A DNA stretch of 63,349 bases, counting the filler, from Candidatus Woesearchaeota archaeon (GTDB lineage Archaea > Nanobdellota > Nanobdellia > Woesearchaeales > BM511): NCBI GenBank assembly GCA_023266675.1. It is 8 parts of 8 records of this genome, joined end to end, with 100 filler letters (N's around TTAATTAATTAA, not from the genome) between each part and the next. Parts side by side here need not be neighbours in the genome. Positions count along the whole stretch, not along the records: positions 22,592 to 33,455 come from JAHFPP010000046.1; positions 33,556 to 36,462 come from JAHFPP010000081.1; positions 36,563 to 39,425 come from JAHFPP010000082.1; positions 39,526 to 50,083 come from JAHFPP010000047.1; 4 more parts are not named here. One strand, 5' to 3'. The notes under the pieces were generated by a model. That model made no database searches. It was not told the DNA's origin and worked only from the letters and a program-made list of their open reading frames with translations. This document shows, piece after piece, positions 31,166 to 40,651 of the stretch. Both the position numbers and the translations under genes were made by a program. The first letter of the stretch is position 1, and every line of letters begins with the position of its first letter.

Positions 31166-31335
31166 TTATACTTTTTCTTAAATTGGATTAGTTTTAATTC
31201 TGAAGAATCCATTTATATATCTCACGCGAGCATGTCCAAATGTCCAGTGACCCACAAGAAAACAAAGTTTTCTGTGCACAGAAAATGCGTTTTTGCATTT
31301 TCTTGTGCTTTAATAAGGTTCAATCGAAACAAGTG

Positions 31336-31362
31336 GAGTTATTTATGCACGATAAATAACTC
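31336..31362. other. Candidate tyrosine-recombinase core site
   Basis: GAGTTATTTAT-GCACG-ATAAATAACTC, flanked by TGTCCAGTG at 31241 and 31384. Confidence 0.4.
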
Positions 31363-31414
31363 ATAAAAATAGAAAAAGAGTGGTGTCCAGTGGAATAAAA
31401 AATAGGTTATTACC

Positions 31415-32308
31415 TTATTTTTTATTAGTGTCCTTTTTATTTTTAAGTTGAGATAATTTCTCTTTTTTTATCTCTAAGTCAATACACATAGATTCATCTA
31501 ATATTAGTTGATTTACTCTCCAATTTTTAAATCCATAAAAAGACATTATAACTCCAATTATTAGAAGAGGTATCATTAAATACAAATTAATATCATCCTC
31601 CATTTTAACTAAGGTTTTATATCGTTGGTAATTAAGAGAAGATTTGATATAATCTTCGGTTATAACGATGTCCGATTCTTTTTTATTTAAATTGTTTAGC
31701 TGTTCAATGGAATTACTCCTGTTAGAAAGCATGGCATTAATATAAATACTGAAATTGTCTGTTGATTCATTAAACTGTAGAAATTCTTGAAATAGGTTAG
31801 ATGATTGATTATTATATTCCTCCACTTGTCTATTAATCAAGGAAATTGCAACAAAGGTATTTTGAATGTTTGGTGAGGTATTTTTAAGACATTCAAAATT
31901 TGTTGTAAAACTTGAAATATTGTTTTCTTCACTAAACTCAAAACAAGAAGAATTTTTTAGTGTCTTAACCGCAAATTCTCTGTAATGTGTCCCCTGCTCT
32001 AAATTATTTCGTTTTTCATCTAATTTTGATTTTTTATCTGACAAATTTTGTAAAGAAATATTTAATTCATTGAGTTTTTTAAAAACGAGTTTAGTAGTAT
32101 TATCAAATTCTTCAGTTAATTTCTGGCGTTCTAGTGTTATACTATCTAATTGAGTATCTAATTTAATTTTTTTTACTATATCATCCGAATATTTCTCAGT
32201 CAAATAAAAATAACTAAATGGGAATATTAAACTTAGGATAATTAATATCAAACCAGAAATTGCCATAAATTTATATAAATTATCATAGGGTATATCTGGT
32301 ATGCTCAT
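31415..32308 (-). CDS. Two-TM coiled-coil membrane protein
   Basis: PDIPYDNLYKFMAISGL, coiled-coil middle, C-terminal TM then GFKNW. Confidence 0.75.
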   Translation of the reverse strand: MSIPDIPYDNLYKFMAISGLILIILSLIFPFSYFYLTEKYSDDIVKKIKLDTQLDSITLERQKLTEEFDNTTKLVFKKLNELNISLQNLSDKKSKLDEKRNNLEQGTHYREFAVKTLKNSSCFEFSEENNISSFTTNFECLKNTSPNIQNTFVAISLINRQVEEYNNQSSNLFQEFLQFNESTDNFSIYINAMLSNRSNSIEQLNNLNKKESDIVITEDYIKSSLNYQRYKTLVKMEDDINLYLMIPLLIIGVIMSFYGFKNWRVNQLILDESMCIDLEIKKEKLSQLKNKKDTNKK

Positions 32309-32378
32309 AATTAGATAATGTAATTGTTATTTAAAAGGCTTTTGAAACTTAATGTAGATATAGACGTCGGATAAAAAA

Positions 32379-33281
32379 TCAGTGAAGGTTTCCTTTTTGT
32401 TCTCTTTGTCTTAAATAAACTTTAATTTGATTTCTCACATATTGAATATATTTTGTATTTTTTTCTAGTCCTTTCCTCATTAAATCTCTTTGTATGGTGA
32501 ACAGCTCTGCTTGATATTTATCTATAACATCCATAACTGAATAGAATGAATAAACATTTCCTGATGCAGCTTCAAAAGTTTTCTCACTAAACATATCATA
32601 TTTTAGCTCTTCTATGAATGAATAATCTTGTAAAATTCCCAAGAGTTCTATTAAGTATGGTCTTATATTGTTATAATTAGGATTTTTTATAGTTCTATAA
32701 TGAACTGTTGCTTTTCTCAAGATCTCTAAAGTTTGAGCGTCTGGAATACTCTTTCTATAAAATATCTGGTCTTTAATAATTCTAATTATTTGGTAATCTT
32801 TTTCTTCATTGGTGAAAGAAATTTTTTTTGTAAGAATATTTAGTCGATCAAGAGAAAAGGTGATATCTCTGGTGTCCTCAATTTCAAGTAACGCCAAAGT
32901 TATGTCTGCATCATTCTTCGAATTTAAAAGTTTAAAAGCCACATCCAATAATCCGTGTTTGTTTTTTAGATGTGGAATAATAGCATATCTTGCTCTGCCA
33001 TCTTTATTTTCAATACCTAATTGTTCAAAATTATCTTTTTTTGTTACTATCAATATCTTTTTTTTATCACGAACCCTATATATTGCGCGGGTGATTGTTC
33101 TAAGACTGCATTTACCACCATATAATGTTTTGAGAAATGAGACAAGCTCTTTGATGCGAATTCGTTTTGTTTCATTTACCTTAGTTTCAATATCTAAGTC
33201 AAGGTTTATGTCATTTTTAATGATATCTAAGTCACTTGTGCTTAAATTACGAGTCAGTTTCATAGTCATTTTAGAAGTCAT
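32379..33281 (-). CDS. Hypothetical protein (possible N-terminal wHTH, helical repeats)
   Basis: 300-aa AT-rich ORF, SLRTITRAI helix. Confidence 0.65.
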   Translation of the reverse strand: MTSKMTMKLTRNLSTSDLDIIKNDINLDLDIETKVNETKRIRIKELVSFLKTLYGGKCSLRTITRAIYRVRDKKKILIVTKKDNFEQLGIENKDGRARYAIIPHLKNKHGLLDVAFKLLNSKNDADITLALLEIEDTRDITFSLDRLNILTKKISFTNEEKDYQIIRIIKDQIFYRKSIPDAQTLEILRKATVHYRTIKNPNYNNIRPYLIELLGILQDYSFIEELKYDMFSEKTFEAASGNVYSFYSVMDVIDKYQAELFTIQRDLMRKGLEKNTKYIQYVRNQIKVYLRQREQKGNLH

Positions 33282-33568
33282 GTTGTATTTAAATAACTAT
33301 CCCCTAACTAATATGATGAGAGAAAATTTATTAGTATGTAAAGAAAAAATAGAAAATTTAAAAATAATTATACAAAATATGTTAGTTGTACTATTAGTGA
33401 TAGCTTTTATTATAGTATTCATTTATACTTTTATTTATAATTCAAAAGATAAATTNNNNNNNNNNNNNNNNNNNNNNNNNNNNNNNNNNNNNNNNNNNNT
33501 TAATTAATTAANNNNNNNNNNNNNNNNNNNNNNNNNNNNNNNNNNNNNNNNNNNNAGGAGGTCCATAA

Positions 33569-34108
33569 ATGAATCAAAAAGGACGTTGCCACAAGTGTCA
33601 TGAGTACAAAAAGGTTCACAAGAATAAAAAGACAGGCAAACTTACCTGTGAATGCTGTCACAAAAAAGAAAGGTACCGTGACAAATCTACACACGAAAAA
33701 TGTGTTAAGTGTGGAAGAATCACACATGTTCAAAAGAGAACAAAAGATGGTTCAATATGCGTAATCTGTTACGCAAAAGATTATCGCAAGAAACCAGAAA
33801 AACAAGAAAAATGTTCAGCTTGTGGAAAGGTGTCGCCTGTAATAGCCAGGGATTCGGAAGGAAAACCCATATGTCATAACTGCTATGCGACACGATTTAG
33901 AAACAATCCATCTGTCCACGAAAAATGTACGACGTGCGGAAATGTAGGACCGGTGCACACAAGAAACGACAAAGGAGAAATCACTTGTGACAAATGTTAT
34001 GCACTGATGATGTTCTACAAAAAAGAAAACGTGCTAAACTGGCTACTGGATTGGTTATTAAAATTTTTATTATTTTTAAGGAAAATAATAAAAGCCGTCG
34101 CTTCCTAG
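33569..34108 (+). CDS. Multi-CxxC zinc-finger repeat protein
   Basis: Four CxxC-x(13-14)-CxxC modules; AGGAGGT Shine-Dalgarno. Confidence 0.8.
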   Translation: MNQKGRCHKCHEYKKVHKNKKTGKLTCECCHKKERYRDKSTHEKCVKCGRITHVQKRTKDGSICVICYAKDYRKKPEKQEKCSACGKVSPVIARDSEGKPICHNCYATRFRNNPSVHEKCTTCGNVGPVHTRNDKGEITCDKCYALMMFYKKENVLNWLLDWLLKFLLFLRKIIKAVAS

Positions 34109-34119
34109 CGACGGCTTTT
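34091..34119. terminator. Bidirectional intrinsic terminator
   Basis: AAAGCCGTCGCT-TCCT-AGCGACGGCTTT between convergent genes. Confidence 0.85.
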
Positions 34120-34130
34120 ATGTTTTATTT

Positions 34131-36404
34131 TTAAACCACCTCACACATTCCCCCGGCACAAGCCAACTCTTTTTTTAAATCTGATTGGTCTGTTTTTTCG
34201 TAAGTAATAATTTTTGAAAAATCTATATTACCCATTTTCTTTACAAGCTCGTTATATTTCTTTTCATTTATTTCTTCATATGGTGCGAGTTGGTAAACAT
34301 GTTCACTTCTTGGCAAGAATGAAAGTCCTCCGACAATATCCCAATTTTCATAAATCCAATTTGCTACAGCAATCCACTCATCTTCACTTACATAAATAGT
34401 TACTGATGGATTGTGTTCCGTATAATTTACTTTTACCATTTTCCAAAATTCTAATTGTTGTATCGCAGACATGTCATTTCTGTACAAAGAACCTTTTGGT
34501 GCCTTCACAGGAAAATCAATAACATAAGTTGTTGCATTTTCTTTTGACTGACCATTTTCCGGTTGATATGGAACTCCTTGATCTCTCAACATTTTAAAAA
34601 GTGAATCTGTTGCAGAAATTCTAATTCTTCTGATATAGAATGGTGCATATCTTGGATGCATACCTGACGCACAATCAACCGTCTGAGAAACTGTTCCTGA
34701 TGGCTTAACGCAAGTGACACATGTCGAAGCACTTATTTTAAATCTTTTTGCATACAATTCGTTTGCTTTTACTGCGGCCTTTCTTAGTTTAGTTAAAACA
34801 GCAGCGTTTCTTACAACTGGACAATCCCACTGACCTGTAATTGAAACTCCGAGTAATCTTTCTTTTTCACAATTTTCTTTCCACTCTTTAGAAAGGTATG
34901 GGAAATGCGTAAGTGTTGCTTGATATGTACCTAAAAGAGCCGCTAATTTGATTTTTCTTAATAGATCCTTGGCTGTATCCTTTTCCCTAGCGACTACCTC
35001 AGAAAGGTTACAAAACTGCTTAGATTGCAAGATAATTTCACCACATGGATTGGTACCCAAAGCACCAATATAGCCACCTAAGGTCTTTAATCTTCGTTCT
35101 GGTAGTGTTGTAGCAAGTCCAGCACGATTAAATATTCCTCTTTCTCCTGTGCCTGATTTCATAAGAGCTATCCACTCATCAAAAAATTCTGTAGCAGTTG
35201 GCTTATGCATGTATACAGCAGAATTGTTAGCAATACTTCTTTGTGGTTCTGTTAGAAAAAATTGTCCTTTCTTTGCATCTCTCATTGCATCATCATCCAA
35301 ATCAGAAAGTGAAATGAGTGCACTTCTTCTTACTCCACCGGCAACAACACAATCTCCTATTGCACAAATAATATCGTGTGCATCAAGATTTGAAAGACGT
35401 CTTCCTTGTTTTGTAATAACTTTTCTTTTTACTAATTCCATAAGTCGAATAAGTGGATCGGGGCCGGACGCTTTTCCTCCCATTGTTTTTAATCTGGCAC
35501 CTGCTGGACGAATAAGAGAAAAATCAAATTCAACATCATGACCGTCGTACCAAGTTTTTATTCCGTGGGTCAGAGCATCTGCCCAACCTTCTTTACTGTC
35601 AGCAACAACATACTTAGCTAATTTTTTTCCTGTCTGAAATTTAATTTGAGGAAGTGACTGAACGTTTTGACTTTCAACAGAAAAACCAACTCCGGTTCCA
35701 CACATTGAGATATACATTATTTCTGCAAAGTCAGTAAGAAGTGACGGAGCGATGAAAGAACAATTGTATGCACAAACATTTGTTCGCTCAACAGCACTAC
35801 CTGCAAATTGTAGGAGTCGCATTGAAGGCATGACTTCCTGATTTAAAATTGCATCTCTCAAATCTGCATACTCTTTATCTTTTATCATTTTGCCCATTCT
35901 ACTTTTCATCAAAGAAAGATATCTGTCCACTGTTTCAATCCAGGTCTCTCTTCTTTCTTCTGCATCAATCCATTTTGAGTATGATCTGTAATAAACAAAT
36001 TCTCCAAGTTGGTTTTTAAAATATTTTTTACTGTCAGCTGCAAGTTTTTTTACTTTTGGAGGAACAGCGACTCCGACAATTCTTAATTTTGATCTTTCTT
36101 GTCTGTAAATAATATATTCCTTCGCGGATTTTACATACTCACCAAGAATAAGTTCCTTCTCAACAATATCCTGAATACCTTCAACGTCTGGCATAAAATC
36201 CTTGAATTTCTTGGCTATTCTGACAAGTTCGGCTAAAACCTTATTAGCAACAAGCTCGGCTTCTTCAATAGAACCTTCGCTACAAACACTCATGGCTTTG
36301 TTTATAGCATTAGTAATTTTCGTTAAATCAAAAGGTACAATCTGACCATCCCTCTTCTTAATACTTCGGATAAGATGTGCTCTTCCGTGTCCTGTTTTTA
36401 CCAT
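34131..36404 (-). CDS. nrdJ: Class II (B12-dependent) ribonucleotide reductase with ATP cone
   Basis: IKKRDG ATP cone, GGVRRSA, TNPCGE, KPSGT, C-terminal CAGGMC. Confidence 0.92.
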   Translation of the reverse strand: MVKTGHGRAHLIRSIKKRDGQIVPFDLTKITNAINKAMSVCSEGSIEEAELVANKVLAELVRIAKKFKDFMPDVEGIQDIVEKELILGEYVKSAKEYIIYRQERSKLRIVGVAVPPKVKKLAADSKKYFKNQLGEFVYYRSYSKWIDAEERRETWIETVDRYLSLMKSRMGKMIKDKEYADLRDAILNQEVMPSMRLLQFAGSAVERTNVCAYNCSFIAPSLLTDFAEIMYISMCGTGVGFSVESQNVQSLPQIKFQTGKKLAKYVVADSKEGWADALTHGIKTWYDGHDVEFDFSLIRPAGARLKTMGGKASGPDPLIRLMELVKRKVITKQGRRLSNLDAHDIICAIGDCVVAGGVRRSALISLSDLDDDAMRDAKKGQFFLTEPQRSIANNSAVYMHKPTATEFFDEWIALMKSGTGERGIFNRAGLATTLPERRLKTLGGYIGALGTNPCGEIILQSKQFCNLSEVVAREKDTAKDLLRKIKLAALLGTYQATLTHFPYLSKEWKENCEKERLLGVSITGQWDCPVVRNAAVLTKLRKAAVKANELYAKRFKISASTCVTCVKPSGTVSQTVDCASGMHPRYAPFYIRRIRISATDSLFKMLRDQGVPYQPENGQSKENATTYVIDFPVKAPKGSLYRNDMSAIQQLEFWKMVKVNYTEHNPSVTIYVSEDEWIAVANWIYENWDIVGGLSFLPRSEHVYQLAPYEEINEKKYNELVKKMGNIDFSKIITYEKTDQSDLKKELACAGGMCEVV

Positions 36405-36562
36405 GTTTATAAAATTACTAACTAATAAATTTGTAATGATAATTTTACACCTAAAATAATTANNNNNNNNNNNNNNNNNNNNNNNNNNNNNNNNNNNNNN
36501 NNNNNNTTAATTAATTAANNNNNNNNNNNNNNNNNNNNNNNNNNNNNNNNNNNNNNNNNNNN

Positions 36563-36852
36563 CGGACATTTCCGCTAGGGCTACTCGCGCCTAGATGTCT
36601 AGGTTTCCTGCTTATCCTCGCCATTCCCGCTCTGCGGAGCGGTGGCGAGGGCAGGAGACTGTTTGGGGGAAGGAAGGAATCCTTCCCCCAGCTTCGCCTC
36701 GTCTCGGCAGGGCTCGACCAACCGGCTCAGCCAACCCCCATCCTCGTTTTCATATCGGCTGTATGTGGTGTCGCTTCCGCTTCGGATTTCTGTATTGCAA
36801 GATAACGGCGGCGCTCATCCTTTAGTCATGGACGCCCTAGCGGAAATGTCCG
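36563..36852. other. GC-rich highly structured non-coding element
   Basis: 19-bp perfect terminal inverted repeat (36563-36581 / 36834-36852) enclosing several hairpins. Confidence 0.7.
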
Positions 36853-36938
36853 AGGCTCAAATGCAAATGCGCTTGACCCACCCTCCCGTTCGCGCGCAAG
36901 CGAACATTCTCCCTTCATTATTATTTTTAGTCGGAAGA

Positions 36939-38219
36939 TTATTTTCTGGTTTTCTTTACTTTATTTCTATCTTTTGTGACCTTTAATACTTGTTTTTTAA
37001 TACCATCGTTGCTAATAATTTCTAGTGCCTTTTTGAAATAGTTGTTCCTGTTTTTTGTTTTTTTGGATGTATCCTTTTTCGGATTTCTTCTGATTGGTTT
37101 TATGTTATTTAGCAACTGTTTTTGAGTCTTCTTTATTTGTTTACGTTTTAATTTTTGAATTGTATTTTTTCTTAACAAAATATTTCTTCCACTAAATTCA
37201 AGTCCGAGATAATCAACATAGTCACGACTTTTTCGTTCACCAAGACCGTCTGTAACTTTTTCGCATACCAAGTTTTCATTTACTTTTTTAAAATAGGTTA
37301 TAAAAGATTTGCTAGCGTTAATTCTAAGTTTAGATTCCTTAATCTTACTTTCAATAAATAATAGTAAACTCTCTTTTTGTTCGTCTCTACAAACAAAAAC
37401 TAGGTCATCGCTGTATCTTCTATAAAAGACGTCTGGAAAAGATGTATTTATTTCAAAATCAAAATCTATTAAGTATATATTTGCCAACAATCCACTAACA
37501 GGGCTTCCTTGAGGTATTGCTATATTTGTCCTGTTCTCATGGACAAGTCCTTTTAAAGTATTGTAAATTGCATACTTATTATTTTTTGTTTTCCTTTTTA
37601 TTTTCTTACCAAGAAAATCAGAATGCTCGATATATCTGTGAGCTGTTAATGATCTGAATACTTTATAAAAAGACTCATCAAGCTTTTCTGTATTATTAAC
37701 TTTACAAATCTTTTTCTTTAATAAACTATGGTTTAGATTATCAAAGAAGCCTTCAATGTCTTGAGTTATGACAACACATTCACCTTGCTTTTGTATGTGG
37801 TCAAAAACTTCTTGTGCAAAATGAATATTGCTTTTACCTTTGTTAGTTTCTTCAATTTTAATTTTTCTATAAGCAGTCACATTTCTACTAAGATTTAAAT
37901 TCTCTAGGTATTTCTCATATTTTTCTTGAAGAATAAAATTATAGTAACTATAAATATGGGCATCTATGTGGGACGCGTACATTATCGGTCTTAATTTTAT
38001 TGACCTACGCACTTCACCTTCTTTGTTTTTGCGAAAACGAATTTTAACCTCTTCTCTTTTTATGAAAGGTAAAAATTGATGATTCTTTATATCTTCAATA
38101 ACCTTGACTACTCTTTGAAAGGTTTCCTCGTTATCTAAATCAAGAGCATCATCAATATGCTGATATGTTCTCAGTTTCCTGTCTGGTTTTATTTGGTTTT
38201 TCCACTCTTGATATGTCAT
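36939..38219 (-). CDS. drt2: DRT2 (UG2)-type antiphage reverse transcriptase
   Basis: YQHID, HQFLPFI, KLRPIMYASHIDAHIYSYY, KSNIHFA, DIEGFFDNLNH, IPQGSPVS..LANIYL..FD, YRRYSDD, YLGLEFSG.NILLR; 426 aa with no fused domain. Confidence 0.88.
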   Translation of the reverse strand: MTYQEWKNQIKPDRKLRTYQHIDDALDLDNEETFQRVVKVIEDIKNHQFLPFIKREEVKIRFRKNKEGEVRRSIKLRPIMYASHIDAHIYSYYNFILQEKYEKYLENLNLSRNVTAYRKIKIEETNKGKSNIHFAQEVFDHIQKQGECVVITQDIEGFFDNLNHSLLKKKICKVNNTEKLDESFYKVFRSLTAHRYIEHSDFLGKKIKRKTKNNKYAIYNTLKGLVHENRTNIAIPQGSPVSGLLANIYLIDFDFEINTSFPDVFYRRYSDDLVFVCRDEQKESLLLFIESKIKESKLRINASKSFITYFKKVNENLVCEKVTDGLGERKSRDYVDYLGLEFSGRNILLRKNTIQKLKRKQIKKTQKQLLNNIKPIRRNPKKDTSKKTKNRNNYFKKALEIISNDGIKKQVLKVTKDRNKVKKTRK

Positions 38220-38585
38220 ATAAAACGCAAAGACCTCTTCCTACAAACCGTTGACATGGTTCGATACTTGGAAGAGGTCATTCAACTATGTGTTGGCTTG
38301 TATTATGTGGTCTCGCTTATTTCTAAGCTAAGGTCAACTAAAAACGTGTGTATAATAATTATAAGTCTAATCAATTGCTATAAGCAACAAATTATGATTC
38401 CATTCCTATACAATGTGCTGTTCAACCTGATGGTCAAACATTCTTACGACTGCTTAAGTGCTGTTGCCAGACTCTTGCAAATCGTTGATAACACCGGGAC
38501 TAGCTCATCTGGGAAGAGATAACGGTCAATACAAGCAGAGACCGTTCATGTAGTTGCCCACAATGCCTACTTCTTAAAAGCTAGT
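38220..38585 (-). ncRNA. DRT2-associated template ncRNA (ends approximate)
   Basis: Intergenic region directly 5' of the RT with multiple stems, long-range pairings and its own sigma70-type promoter. Confidence 0.78.
38346..38492 (+). other. Predicted 147-nt cDNA repeat unit encoding a Neo-like 49-aa repeat
   Basis: Only one stop-free frame; TATAAT 38351-38356 precedes TTGCAA 38475-38480; AAC at 38343-45 and 38490-92, exactly 147 nt apart. Confidence 0.68.
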
Positions 38586-38591
38586 AACTAA

Positions 38592-38620
38592 ACACTAGCA
38601 TAAATATGAAAAATTATCAA
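38592..38620 (-). promoter_or_regulatory. sigma70-type promoter for ncRNA-RT
   Basis: Minus strand TTGATA-N17-TAGTGT with TGn extended -10. Confidence 0.6.
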
Positions 38621-38637
38621 TCTATATTTTATAGCTT

Positions 38638-39425
38638 TTATTTACAAACGACATAATGTAAATATTCTAAAGTTTTATTTGAACTAAAGTCTCGATTCTC
38701 GTCTTTGTCTGCTTTAAATCTGTTATATTCTTGAGTAAAATATCCATACTTACCTCGTGAACCCATTATTTCTTTTATATCATCGAGTGTCATGAGGCCT
38801 TCATTATTGTAGCTTAAGAAAATATATTTTTGTTTAGCATTTGATATTAAATCACTAAAAGATTTTTTAACTTTTGTTCGAGAGCAATATAAAGATTTCT
38901 GACTCTCGTATTCTCTCAGCCCTGTTTTTCCGTGAATTTTTGGGTCATCATATTTTGCAATAGTTTCAAGTAAATGATAATTTGTCGCGTACTGTCTTTG
39001 GTTATAAGGTGGGTCAAGATATAAAATATCCCCCTCAATTTTTCCCACAAGTTTATTTATATCTTCATTAAAAACTTCGTGTTCTTGATCATTTATTATT
39101 AACTCTGCTGGCTTTAATACAAACGGCACTTGTGCTGTCTTTTTTAATTGCTTTAAAAATGCACCATAAACTGAAGCTGTGTTAGCTCGTTTATCAATAG
39201 TTTCCAAAAGTGTAGCTAAAAGAAAATAATATTCATTATCTGTAATTAACTTCTCATTTTTCCATTCCTCTATTTTCATTCTGATAGCATCACATCTCAT
39301 TCCATTCTCATCTGAAAAATATTGTCTTTCAAATTCTTGATTCTTTGTTCCACCCGAACAATAGTTTTTGTATATAAATCCTTTTTCTCCTTTTATGTTT
39401 GATAGATAATCGCAAACAAAATCTT
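38638..39425 (-). CDS. N6-adenine DNA methyltransferase (D12 class, M.NlaIII-like), 5' truncated
   Basis: ANTASVYGAFLK, DILYLDPPYNQRQY..NYHLLETI, FLSYNNEG; frame open to the contig edge. Confidence 0.9.
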
Positions 39426-39525
39426 NNNNNNNNNNNNNNNNNNNNNNNNNNNNNNNNNNNNNNNNNNNNTTAATTAATTAANNNNNNNNNNNNNNNNNNN
39501 NNNNNNNNNNNNNNNNNNNNNNNNN

Positions 39526-40616
39526 AAGATCTCCCTGTCAGTAATGTCATTTCTTACAAAATTCCTAACCATCTGTTTTGGGGCTTTTTTCATGATAATA
39601 TACATTTTTTGAAGCATATCAGAAGGTATGTCATTAAGCACTATTCCAAACATTAATAGGTAAAGATTGTTTATCTCATCCGCAACATCATTTGGCAAAG
39701 CTAAATCTTTTTCTGAAAAAGTATTTTTTTCAATGCAGCTTGTTATATGCCTTGATATTACCCGATACTGCCTTAAGATTTCGTTAAACCCCATACCATT
39801 TATGCAGGGAGCATAAAATGCTGAATCCCCAAAAAGCAGTATATTATCAAGCGATCTCTTTTCTATTATTCCTGACGGATAATAAGCGGCTTTTAATTCC
39901 GTTATTTTGTGCTTTTTTATGCCAAATGTCTTATTTGCGTCATTCATCAGTCTTTCATATAGTTTCCAATCAGGCTTCTTTTCTGAATACTTGTCATACA
40001 ATAAAAACGCTTTTTTTTCGCCTGTTTTTGTAAATCCATAAGTAGAATAAGACTTTTCACCAGCTTTTTTGTATGAACAGTAGAAAATATGATTTTTCAC
40101 ATCCTCGCTGAATTTGGCATAATATGAATAGCAATTTATATTTATCTTAATCTCTTTAAGCTTGTATTTTCGCATAATAATGGAGCTGTTTCCCGTGCAG
40201 TCAATAAGAATTTTTGTTCTAAATTTATTGTTAACAACAAGCCGGCCGTCAGCTCTTTTAAACTTTTTAAAAACAGTGTTCTCAAGTATTACAGCTCCCT
40301 GTTTTTTGTTTATTCTTCCAAGATATTTTAAAAACCCGTGTTCCTCTATGGTTATGAAATCATCTTCAATGGTAAACTCTTCAATTTTACCATTATGCCT
40401 TGTCTGCATAGACCAAGTAGCAATCTTATTTGTTATAAATTTTTGAGGGAATTTTTCATGGCTCCATCTGTCAGTATAAGTTATCCAGCTTTTATCAGAA
40501 ACACCCAATTTATTTTTTTCAATAATAAGAATCCTAAATTTTTTGGATAATTCCTTGCCAAGCAAAAGCCCTGCGGGACCAGCGCCGACAATAATTGCAT
40601 CATACTCTTCTTGCAT
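39526..40616 (-). CDS. FAD-dependent oxidoreductase (lycopene cyclase/geranylgeranyl reductase-like), 3' truncated
   Basis: DAIIVGAGPAGL, IDCTG, FGDSA...GMGF. Confidence 0.8.
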
Positions 40617-40651
40617 ATCTTTTTTTTAAAACATCACATATTTAAAATTAT

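Noticed and set aside
36595..36986. Two plus-strand ORFs in the GC-rich element
   Set aside because: Composition unlike neighbouring genes; open frames are expected in GC-rich hairpin DNA
36939..38219. RT as group II intron, retron, DGR or CRISPR-associated RT
   Set aside because: No maturase/endonuclease domain or intron domain V, no VTG retron motif, no TR/VR pair, no cas1; motifs fit UG2/DRT2
38464..38490. Alternative -35 boxes TTGCCA (38464) and TTGATA (38485) for the junction promoter
   Set aside because: A 17-nt spacer needs periods of 136 or 157 nt (out of frame); in-frame 135 or 156 give 16-nt spacers with no boundary microhomology; not strictly excluded
38157..38522. 121-aa plus-strand ORF as an ordinary gene
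   Set aside because: Overlaps the RT start antisense and has no evident RBS; better explained as the stop-free frame of the predicted cDNA repeat
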